Origin: Horticoccus luteus
GTDB lineage: Bacteria > Verrucomicrobiota > Verrucomicrobiia > Opitutales > Opitutaceae
DNA length: 32,000 nt
Direction of reading: 5' to 3'
Assembly (NCBI RefSeq): GCF_019464535.1
Contig: NZ_CP080507.1
Location: forward strand, 1,020,001 to 1,052,000
Of this stretch, positions 25,475 through 32,000 are shown one piece after another (positions within the stretch are counted from its first letter, which is position 1; every line of letters starts with the position of its first letter). A program made the position numbers and the translations under genes. Under the pieces are notes generated by a model, which saw only the letters and a list, made by a program, of their open reading frames with translations, had not been told where the DNA came from and ran no database searches.

Positions 25475-25498
25475 TCGCAGACGCTTCGGCGTGCCACC
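25475..25498 (-). repeat. Copy B of the shared upstream element: GGTGGCACGCCGAAGCGTCTGCGA
   Basis: Read directly on the - strand. Ends 13 nt upstream of the ku ATG (25462). Matches copy A in 11 of its first 13 positions, then has 3 extra nt, then an identical GTCTGCGA. Confidence 0.35.
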
Positions 25499-25573
25499 GA
25501 GCAATCCCGGAACGCGGCACCGGGCTTTTGCGCGGGACCCGAAAAGAAACGCCACCGCCGGGGAGGTCGGTGG

Positions 25574-25604
25574 AAAACAAAAAGCCGCGCGATCAGGCGC
25601 GGCT
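25574..25604 (-). terminator. Rho-independent terminator of the coiled-coil protein gene
   Basis: 8-bp stem agccgcgc / gcgcggct with a 6-nt loop. On the - strand it is followed by TTTTTGTT. Lies 31 nt downstream of the stop at 25635 and separates that gene from ku. Confidence 0.75.
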
Positions 25605-25634
25605 TCGGTTCATCAAACAGTCGAAGCGCCCCAC

Positions 25635-26447
25635 CTATTTGGTCGGCTGTTCGGCTTGGATCTCGTTCAACCGTTTCTCGATGTCGTTCATTTTGTTGAC
25701 GAGCTGCTGCTCCATTTTCTTGCGATCGCTGCTGGTGACGATGCTCAGCGAGGCAGCGTCTTTCACGACGTTGGCGGGCAGCGTAAGCAGGCGGGTGATA
25801 AGCCCCTGGTCTTTGAATGAGCTGAGGTAGAGCGCCGTGATTTCGTGGGAAAGCTTGAGCGCATCTTGGGCGACGGCCTGCGTGGATTGCAGGTTGTTAT
25901 TTAACTGCTGGTTTTTCGCGAGCTCGTTGGTGAGGACGTTGCCGACCTGATCGGAGATTCGCTGGCTATAGGCATTGATCGAATCGCGCGTGAGATTTTG
26001 ATCCTTCGCCATTTCGGAAAGGATGGGTTGGATGCGCTCAGCCATGCGGTTGGAAACCTTGTCGACCTGCTCATTCTGCATCTTTTCGGCCTCTTCCGGG
26101 GTTTTGGGCAACGGGTTGTAGGGCTGGATTTTTTGGGCGACGGCTTCGGCGAGGGCGTTGATGCGCTCGGTGTTCAGTTTCTGCACCTCTTCGTCCGTGC
26201 GAAACATGTCGGCTTCGCGACGGCTTACGGCGTCCTTGAGGAGCGTATTGACCGCTTCGATCTGCCGGCGATTTTCCTCCGAGGCGGTGCGCAACGCTTC
26301 GTTTTGCTCGCGCAGGGGCGCGAGTTCAGCCTGCTGGCGTTCGGCCATTTCGGTCACCGTGCGCCGGTGAATGTAAAAGGCGGCGACCACGACCAAGATG
26401 GCGGTTAGCAGGATGGTAGGGATCTGATCACGAAATTTAGGCCACAT
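25635..26447 (-). CDS. Membrane-anchored coiled-coil protein of unknown function
   Basis: One N-terminal TM helix (IPTILLTAILVVVAAFYI) followed by about 230 aa of Glu/Gln/Asn/Lys-rich heptad-like sequence. No family recognised. Confidence 0.65.
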   Translation of the reverse strand: MWPKFRDQIPTILLTAILVVVAAFYIHRRTVTEMAERQQAELAPLREQNEALRTASEENRRQIEAVNTLLKDAVSRREADMFRTDEEVQKLNTERINALAEAVAQKIQPYNPLPKTPEEAEKMQNEQVDKVSNRMAERIQPILSEMAKDQNLTRDSINAYSQRISDQVGNVLTNELAKNQQLNNNLQSTQAVAQDALKLSHEITALYLSSFKDQGLITRLLTLPANVVKDAASLSIVTSSDRKKMEQQLVNKMNDIEKRLNEIQAEQPTK

Positions 26448-26561
26448 AGGGGTGAGGTTGAGTTCGGCGGAGGATGATGGTTGAGGAGAAGGAATGCAAC
26501 GACGGCGTGGGGTGACGGGTTGCGGTTTGTTTTTTGCGCCGCGAACGCCACGTTGGGCGGC

Positions 26562-26876
26562 GTGAGTCTCAATCGAATCGAACAGCGGTTATATGACTAC
26601 GTGCAGTCGCACCCGGAAGAGCTTCGCTTCTGGAACGAGAAGGTGCGAGGGATAGGAGCATCGGCAGATCCGCATGCCGCAGCGGTGCGGTTGGAGGCGG
26701 ACTTGTGGGAATATTACAAAGAACGCAGCAGTGTGGTTCCGGATTTTCGAGCGCAGGCTGCGCGCGATGGCTTGGTGCGTACGAGTCTGCGCAACTTGTC
26801 CGAATACCTTTTGCGGCTGTGGGGCCCTGTGCGTCCACGGCGGCGTGAAGGGCAGGCTGCTCCTCGCGAATTTTGA
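26562..26876 (+). CDS. Small hypothetical protein (about 104 aa); start uncertain
   Basis: ORF 26481-26876. The N-terminal 27 codons look non-protein-like, so a GTG at 26562 (VSLNRIEQRLYDYVQSHPEELRFW...) is proposed. No family recognised. Confidence 0.4.
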   Translation: MSLNRIEQRLYDYVQSHPEELRFWNEKVRGIGASADPHAAAVRLEADLWEYYKERSSVVPDFRAQAARDGLVRTSLRNLSEYLLRLWGPVRPRRREGQAAPREF

Positions 26877-26917
26877 GGAAACCTTTTCGAAAAGCGCTCG
26901 TCACATCCCGCAACAAT

Positions 26918-26938
26918 TTCTTCCGCCTAGCGGAAGAA
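26918..26938. promoter_or_regulatory. Perfect 9-bp inverted repeat TTCTTCCGC-cta-GCGGAAGAA
   Basis: Read directly from the sequence. No T-tract follows it, so it is unlikely to be an intrinsic terminator. It shares the GCGGAAGAA 9-mer with the second palindrome at 27066-27082. Confidence 0.4.
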
Positions 26939-27065
26939 TGGGGTAAGTAAGAAAACGAAGGCGGGTCGCTTAGGGGTAGGCGGCCCGCCTTATCGTTTGC
27001 GGATGAACGGCCTAACACGACGCGAACCGCGACGGGGCGATAAATGAACAGTCAGAAGCGGAACT

Positions 27066-27079
27066 TTCCGCGCGCGGAA
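27066..27079. promoter_or_regulatory. Perfect 14-bp palindrome TTCCGCGCGCGGAA upstream of the PIN-PhoH gene
   Basis: Read directly from the sequence. Lies 63 nt upstream of the ATG at 27142. Same TTCCGC/GCGGAA half-sites as 26918-26938. Confidence 0.4.
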
Positions 27080-27141
27080 GAAATCTTTTGTCGACAATTC
27101 GCCGTGTGACCGCACGGTTATTCACAAGATATCCACCACCG

Positions 27142-28659
27142 ATGGAAACCCTGCGCGGGGCGATCGCCCCTAATTCGCGGATCAAGGTCTCGGCCCAAGT
27201 TAAGACGTTCGTGCTCGACACCAACGTCCTACTTCACGATCCGCAGAGCGTCTTCAAATTCGAGGAAAACAACCTCGCCATACCTGTGGAGGTCCTCGAG
27301 GAGCTGGACGCCATCAAGAACGAGCAATCCACGGAGCGGGGACGAAATGCGCGTCGCGTGCACCGTCTTTTGCAGGAGTTGCTACCTGATTCGCGTGCTA
27401 TGTTGGAAGGCGTCGAGTTGCCCAACGGCGGCACCCTCTCGATCATCATCAATCCCTATCTCATGGACACGGGGCGGCGGTCCCCCGCGATGGATCGGCT
27501 GCGCGCGATCCTCCCTGATCTGTCGAAAAAAGATAATCGCATCATCGCTGCCGCGCTTTTTGTCCAGGAGCAGTTTCCGCCGCCGACCATTCTTGTGACC
27601 AAGGATGTCAACGTGCAGCTCAAAGCTCGGGCGCTCGGACTCGAATCCGAAGACTATCTCAACGACAAGGTGCCGGAGCTCGCCGAGGAACAGAGTTACG
27701 GCGAAGTGCCGGTGACAGTTTACGAGCTGCAACGATTCTGCTCGGAGGGCGAACTCGCCCTCGACTCCGAGCAAGCCCGCGCTCTGGCGGTTAACGAATA
27801 TGTGCTGATCCGCTCCGACGAAGGAAAAACGATGCCCGGCCGACACGTCGGTAACGGCGTCCTGTGCCGCCTGAAGCTTCCCGACTTCGTCAAAGCCCCC
27901 GGCGGGATTCCGATTCGGCCGCGAAATCTGGAGCAGCAATTTTTCATGGATGCGTTGCTCGACGACTCGATCCAAATGATCACCTGCTTTGGCAAGGCGG
28001 GAACCGGCAAGACGCTCATTTCCACGGCCTGCGCCCTGCATCAAGTCTGCAATGACCACGCGCAATTTGACGGATTATCAATCTCCCGGCCGGTGATTTC
28101 GTTGGGCAAGGACATCGGTTTTCTCCCCGGCACCTTGGATGAAAAGATGAAGCCGTGGTTGCAGCCGTATTACGATGCCCTCGAGGTGCTGATACCTTCG
28201 AAGCCGCCCAAGGATCCACAGTTTGCGGGAAAGAAAACGTCGAAGAAGAAACACAAAAGTCACGACGAAGCTTTCGCTTCCTCGGTGCCCGCGCCAGCGC
28301 ATGTCGCCTCTGCTCCGCCCACGAAACCCTACGAACGCTTACTGCGCACAGGATTGGTGGAGGTAGAGGCGCTGGCCTTTATTCGCGGGCGTTCGATTGC
28401 CCGGCGATTTTTTATTCTCGATGAAGCGCAGCAGCTCACGCCGCACGAAGTAAAAACCGTGATCACCCGCATTGCTGAGGGCTCCAAAATCGTCCTCATC
28501 GGCGACCCGACCCAGATTGACAATCCCTACGTCGATTCGCGCAGCAATGGCCTGGTGTATGCCCACAATCGCATGAAGGGGCAGACCCTTGCGGCGCACG
28601 TCGTGCTGACGAAAGGCGAGCGTTCGCGCCTCGCTGAACTCGCCGCGGATCTACTTTGA
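27142..28659 (+). CDS. PIN-domain plus PhoH-like ATPase fusion (PhoH2/YlaK family)
   Basis: PIN N-terminus (FVLDTNVLLHDP...IPVEVLEELD...DNRIIAAAL), Walker A GKAGTGKTL, FLPG..DEK, Walker B FFILDEAQQLTPHEVKTVITR and GDPTQID motifs. The ATG at 27142 is preferred over the TTG at 27088. Confidence 0.88.
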   Translation: METLRGAIAPNSRIKVSAQVKTFVLDTNVLLHDPQSVFKFEENNLAIPVEVLEELDAIKNEQSTERGRNARRVHRLLQELLPDSRAMLEGVELPNGGTLSIIINPYLMDTGRRSPAMDRLRAILPDLSKKDNRIIAAALFVQEQFPPPTILVTKDVNVQLKARALGLESEDYLNDKVPELAEEQSYGEVPVTVYELQRFCSEGELALDSEQARALAVNEYVLIRSDEGKTMPGRHVGNGVLCRLKLPDFVKAPGGIPIRPRNLEQQFFMDALLDDSIQMITCFGKAGTGKTLISTACALHQVCNDHAQFDGLSISRPVISLGKDIGFLPGTLDEKMKPWLQPYYDALEVLIPSKPPKDPQFAGKKTSKKKHKSHDEAFASSVPAPAHVASAPPTKPYERLLRTGLVEVEALAFIRGRSIARRFFILDEAQQLTPHEVKTVITRIAEGSKIVLIGDPTQIDNPYVDSRSNGLVYAHNRMKGQTLAAHVVLTKGERSRLAELAADLL

Positions 28660-28681
28660 TCCGGGGCGCGGCGCCCGGCCA

Positions 28682-29260
28682 TCAGGTGACGTCGGCCGTT
28701 CGCAACAGGGTCGGTTGAGCTCGCCGTAGAGCGGCCCATTCCATTGCCAGGGCAAATGCGCCGGTGAAGAGCAGATCGCTCACCAGCGAGTTGCGGAAGA
28801 AAAACAAGGTGGGCGGAAATTCCGGGTGGCCGATCGTCATCGCCTGCCACCAACCCGCGGCGGATTTGGCATAGGCAACGTCGCCCGCCCATGAGACGGT
28901 GTTCGTCGCCAGATAAAATAGCACCGAGGCGCCCAGTATCCCCGACGCGAGATTCAGCCAGCTCTTCCGGCGGGCGACAGCGAACCCGATCGCCACCGCC
29001 GCCGCGAACGCCAACGTGCGAACCACCATTCCGCTGGCGTCCCAATGATAGCCGAATTGCGCGGCATAATACCGGTCGAGAAACAAATCGGACAGCAGGA
29101 GCGCGGCGAACGGCACGAGCCACAGTTTGCGGCGGCCGAGATAAACTGCGCCACAGAACGCGATCGCCATCAAGGGCGAGAAGTTGGCGAGATCGGGCGT
29201 GAGCGCCGCGACCACTCGATAGCCACAGGCGAGGACAAGCAGGAGGGCGGCGATGAGCAT
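28682..29260 (-). CDS. Polytopic (about 6 TM) membrane protein, possibly a DUF6580-like putative transporter
   Basis: 192 aa and hydrophobic throughout. The family assignment is from memory of similar proteins and is unverified. Lies 44 nt downstream of the PduO-type adenosyltransferase gene on the same strand. Confidence 0.7.
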   Translation of the reverse strand: MLIAALLLVLACGYRVVAALTPDLANFSPLMAIAFCGAVYLGRRKLWLVPFAALLLSDLFLDRYYAAQFGYHWDASGMVVRTLAFAAAVAIGFAVARRKSWLNLASGILGASVLFYLATNTVSWAGDVAYAKSAAGWWQAMTIGHPEFPPTLFFFRNSLVSDLLFTGAFALAMEWAALRRAQPTLLRTADVT

Positions 29261-29304
29261 GACGCTTTTCTGCTACTCCAAATTCCGGCGAAGAACAGAT
29301 TTTT

Positions 29305-29832
29305 CTAACCGCTTTCGGCTTCGCGCGCGAGCAGCCAGAGCAGGTCCGAGACACGATTCATGTACCTGCCGAGCAAGGGCCGCAGCCCGCGCCCGGCGGC
29401 GGCGAGGGCGCTCATGCGCCGCTCCGCGCGGCGCGCTGCGGTGCGGGCGACTTCCAGCGCTGCGGAGGTTGGCGTGGCGCCGGGTGTCGCCCAACCGGAG
29501 AGATCGAGCGACTGTTTTTCCAATGCGGCCACGGCGTCGTCGAGCCGGCTTAGGTCTTCGGGCTGCAGGCGGCGGAACTTCGACTTTTCGTAACGAGCGA
29601 GATCGCCTTCCGCGCACGCGATTTCGCCCATGAGGGCAATCAAGTCGTGTTGAATCAAGGTGAGCTGCTGACGTCTGGTCGGATTTGCGTCAGCCGCTTT
29701 GGCCACACCGAGGGCGGCGTTGAGTTCATCACACGCCCCGACCGCCTCGATTTGCGGATGACCTTTCGGCACACGCTGGCCGAAGAGCAGGGAGGTTGTC
29801 CCGTCATCGCCGGTGCGCGTGGCGATGCTCAT
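29305..29832 (-). CDS. pduO: ATP:cob(I)alamin adenosyltransferase, PduO/MMAB type
   Basis: TRTGDDGTTSL, IEAVGACDELNA, IQHDLIALMGE, GWATPGATP..AALEVARTAARRAER and YMNRVSDLLW motifs. Start set at M51 (MSIATRTGD), overlapping the def stop as ATGA. Confidence 0.88.
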   Translation of the reverse strand: MSIATRTGDDGTTSLLFGQRVPKGHPQIEAVGACDELNAALGVAKAADANPTRRQQLTLIQHDLIALMGEIACAEGDLARYEKSKFRRLQPEDLSRLDDAVAALEKQSLDLSGWATPGATPTSAALEVARTAARRAERRMSALAAAGRGLRPLLGRYMNRVSDLLWLLAREAESG

Positions 29833-30398
29833 GGCGCGCCGGTGGCGCGAGTCTGACGCGCGAGTTCTTTGACGGCGTCGTCGATCTTGTGCCGCACTCG
29901 CTTGGTCATGCGGTCGATGAAGAGCACGCCGTTGAGGTGATCCACTTCGTGTTGCACGCAACGCGCGAAAAGCCCTGTGCACTCCAACGCGTGCGGCACG
30001 CCGTGTTCATCCGAGTAAGTGACGCTGATCCGGTCCGGGCGCTTCACATCGCCCCGAATCTCCGGAAACGAGAGGCATCCCTCTTCGTAAATATCTTCGC
30101 CGGCCAAGGGCGAGACGGTCACCTGCGGATTCACCAGCGTCATCGGCATGATCAATTCCAAGGGCGGGCGCGCGCCGTCGAGCCGCCAGTCGAAATCGGG
30201 ATCCACTGCTCGCAGATCGATCACGCAAAGTTGCAAGGGTTCGCCGATTTGTTGAGCGGCGAGGCCGATGCCGTGGGCGTCGTGCATGCTGGCCGTCATC
30301 TCGGTCGCCAAACGGCGCAGCGAAGGATCGAAGGTGGTGACGAGCGCACCCTTGCGGCGGAGGACGGCGTGGTCGAAGTGAACAATCTGCAGCGGCAT
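29829..30398 (-). CDS. def: Peptide deformylase
   Basis: Three signature motifs: GIGLAAQQIG, EGCLSFP and QHEVDHLNG. Start set at M66 (MPLQIVHF). Confidence 0.92.
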   Translation of the reverse strand: MPLQIVHFDHAVLRRKGALVTTFDPSLRRLATEMTASMHDAHGIGLAAQQIGEPLQLCVIDLRAVDPDFDWRLDGARPPLELIMPMTLVNPQVTVSPLAGEDIYEEGCLSFPEIRGDVKRPDRISVTYSDEHGVPHALECTGLFARCVQHEVDHLNGVLFIDRMTKRVRHKIDDAVKELARQTRATGAP

Positions 30399-30513
30399 GG
30401 GCGTGGCTTTTGAGCGTCGGTTTGAGGTCGGTGGCCCGCAAACAAATTGTGTTTTGAACGCGTGCTCCGGGCGACGTCTGAGCGGCACTCGGTTCGCACG
30501 CTGGCTGGCGCGT

Positions 30514-31158
30514 TCAGACGCGTGACCAGACATCGCTGCGCAAAAGCCCGGCCTGCCATTCGTCATGCGCGATGTGGTGCCAGCCGCGGTCAATCATCAT
30601 AGCGGGAATTTCAGGCAACGCCCGCGCCGAGATTCGGGTGACGCGGCGAAAGAAGAAATACAACACGTCCAACCAGAGTCGCGCTCGCCAGCGACGCCAT
30701 CCTTCCGCGGGCAACGCGAAATCAGCATACAGCCAAAGGCAGTCTCGCCGAGCGGCCAGCGAAAGCTTCGCGAGCAAACCACCCGCTTCCGCGGCGGTAA
30801 AGCAGTCGAGAAAGAAGAGCGTGACGATCGCGTCGAATTCATCCGTGGGCAACGCCAGTTGGCGCGCATCGGCTTGCGTGAATTGCACCGCGGCGGGGTG
30901 AACGTTCCCGCGGAGGCGCTGTGCGGCGGTGGCGAGCATCGCGGCACTGGCATCGACGCATTGGATGCGCGCGTGCGGTGCGAGGTGCACGAGCCGGGCG
31001 AGGCAGCGGCCGTCGCCTTCGCCCAAGACGAGAATATTTTTCCGGTCACGGAGTTCGTCCAAAAAACGAAACCGGGCGCGTTCGAGCGCGCCGCCGAATG
31101 CGAGCCGTTCCAGGGCGGCGTAAATGCGCGCGAGTCGATCGAAGTTGGCGGCGGTCAT
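30514..31158 (-). CDS. Class I SAM-dependent methyltransferase
   Basis: Motif I ILVLGEGDGR and post-I CVDAS, plus an acidic FDAIVTLFFLDCF motif. The start overlaps the stop of the upstream membrane protein gene as ATGA. Confidence 0.75.
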   Translation of the reverse strand: MTAANFDRLARIYAALERLAFGGALERARFRFLDELRDRKNILVLGEGDGRCLARLVHLAPHARIQCVDASAAMLATAAQRLRGNVHPAAVQFTQADARQLALPTDEFDAIVTLFFLDCFTAAEAGGLLAKLSLAARRDCLWLYADFALPAEGWRRWRARLWLDVLYFFFRRVTRISARALPEIPAMMIDRGWHHIAHDEWQAGLLRSDVWSRV

Positions 31159-32000
31159 CGTCTGAGGTGCGCCGCGAGCCAGAGCACCGCGGGCGTGAGT
31201 AACACCGCATCCGCCAAGACGCGCGCGAGCCGTCCGTTGATGTCCTTACGGTGGTGGGCGAGATCGACGCCCGCGAGTAGCAGCGCGCTGACCGCGGTGC
31301 ACGCGAGCACGGGGGCCAGGCCCGACGGCACTGTGACCCACGCGAGGCCGGCTCCGGCGGCCACGCCCCACGGAAGCGCGCGACTGGCGCGCAGCGCCCG
31401 CCGGAACTGAAGCGCGAGGGAAGTTTGCCCGTGCGCGGCATCGACATCGATCTCCCACGCGGAGATCAACACGAGGTTGGTGAAGAAGAGCAGAGCAACA
31501 CAGCCGATCGCGCTGCCCAGCACGCCGTCGCGCACGAAGGGATCGGCCACGGGAAACAGGCCGACGCCGCCGGCGAGCAGCAACGTGACAATGATTTCCT
31601 TGGGCGCGCGCCAGCGGTGATGCCGGTGCACGAATTGGTGGGAAAGCAGGTAGAGCGCCACGGCGCCGAGGAGGATGAAGCCGGCGCTCAGCTCGCGCGG
31701 CGTGAGCCAGTGGAGCGCGATGGCCACATCCGCGGCAAACACCAAGGGCCACACGACGGCAATGGCGCGGCGTTGGGTTTGGTAAAAGCGATGGCGCGGG
31801 GTCTGGACGACATCGGGGGCGAGCCGCCAGCCTTCGATCCAGCGGTCGGCCGAATAGGCGAGCCACGTCGAGGTGCCAAGGACGATGACATGCTGGGATG
31901 ACAGCGGGAAAAGCGCGGCGCGCGCGACGAGCCATTGCCACGCGAGGGCGACCGCCGGGGCGTCCAAGGAAAGGACGGTCGGCCACTGCCACCAGCGCGG
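31155..32000 (-). CDS. Polytopic membrane protein, possibly UbiA-superfamily prenyltransferase-like; 5' end probably outside the window
   Basis: The frame stays open to base 32000 (…PRWWQWPTVLSLDAPAV…). The track start at 31967 is a TTG. Candidate Asp-rich motifs are YSADRWIEG and WEIDVDAAHGQTSLA, and the latter resembles the second UbiA motif. Confidence 0.55.
   Translation of the reverse strand, partial: PRWWQWPTVLSLDAPAVALAWQWLVARAALFPLSSQHVIVLGTSTWLAYSADRWIEGWRLAPDVVQTPRHRFYQTQRRAIAVVWPLVFAADVAIALHWLTPRELSAGFILLGAVALYLLSHQFVHRHHRWRAPKEIIVTLLLAGGVGLFPVADPFVRDGVLGSAIGCVALLFFTNLVLISAWEIDVDAAHGQTSLALQFRRALRASRALPWGVAAGAGLAWVTVPSGLAPVLACTAVSALLLAGVDLAHHRKDINGRLARVLADAVLLTPAVLWLAAHLRR

Noticed and set aside
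1-32000. Looked for mobile elements, CRISPR arrays, integrases, toxin-antitoxin pairs and known defence-system genes.
   Set aside because: I could not recognise any spaced direct repeats, terminal inverted repeats, transposase/integrase-like ORFs or defence signature domains. The window looks like core chromosome.

Overview
GC-rich, gene-dense chromosomal window with about 40 credible protein genes. I could not recognise any rRNA, tRNA, CRISPR array, transposase or integrase. The gene content suggests a PVC-type bacterium (Verrucomicrobiota/Opitutales-like), but that is inference only.

Layout:
- 1-7.2 kb, + strand: one translationally coupled respiratory operon. It holds the 3' end of actB, then actC-actD-actE-actF (alternative complex III), a small single-pass membrane protein, a cbb3-like module (CcoN homolog, CcoO homolog, membrane-anchored monoheme cytochrome c) and an intrinsic terminator.
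- 7.2-12.9 kb, - strand: housekeeping string of rluB-like gene, secreted SH3b-like protein, folD, REC-first histidine kinase, proC and hldD.
- 12.9-16.6 kb, + strand: stand-alone CysJ-type FNR module, then fabG-acpP-fabF.
- 16.8-18.2 kb: rpmB and a HIBADH-family dehydrogenase.
- 18.3-25.5 kb: stress/dormancy-flavoured cluster of a DUF4142 protein, an orphan sigma-54 enhancer-binding protein, a NarL/LuxR response regulator, an acidic hypothetical, a BON lipoprotein, an untracked 55-aa DUF1328 gene, and ku-ligD.
- 25.6-32 kb: coiled-coil membrane protein, small hypothetical, PIN-PhoH (PhoH2), then a - strand string of UbiA-like membrane protein, SAM methyltransferase, def, PduO-type adenosyltransferase and a polytopic membrane protein.

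Main finding: the CcoN homolog is full length and translationally coupled. By eye alignment it has lost 5 of the 6 canonical heme/CuB histidine ligands and the cross-linked Tyr, while its CcoO and cytochrome c partners keep their heme-binding motifs. This looks like a pseudo-oxidase module attached to ACIII.

Secondary observations:
- A near-identical 21-24 nt element immediately upstream of ku and of the BON gene.
- A well-spaced sigma-54 -24/-12 candidate upstream of the DUF1328 gene.
- Paired TTCCGC/GCGGAA palindromes upstream of PhoH2.

Many long antisense ORFs in the track are GC-driven shadows and were rejected. Several start codons were moved downstream of the longest ORF on the basis of conserved N-termini, and these calls carry uncertainty.
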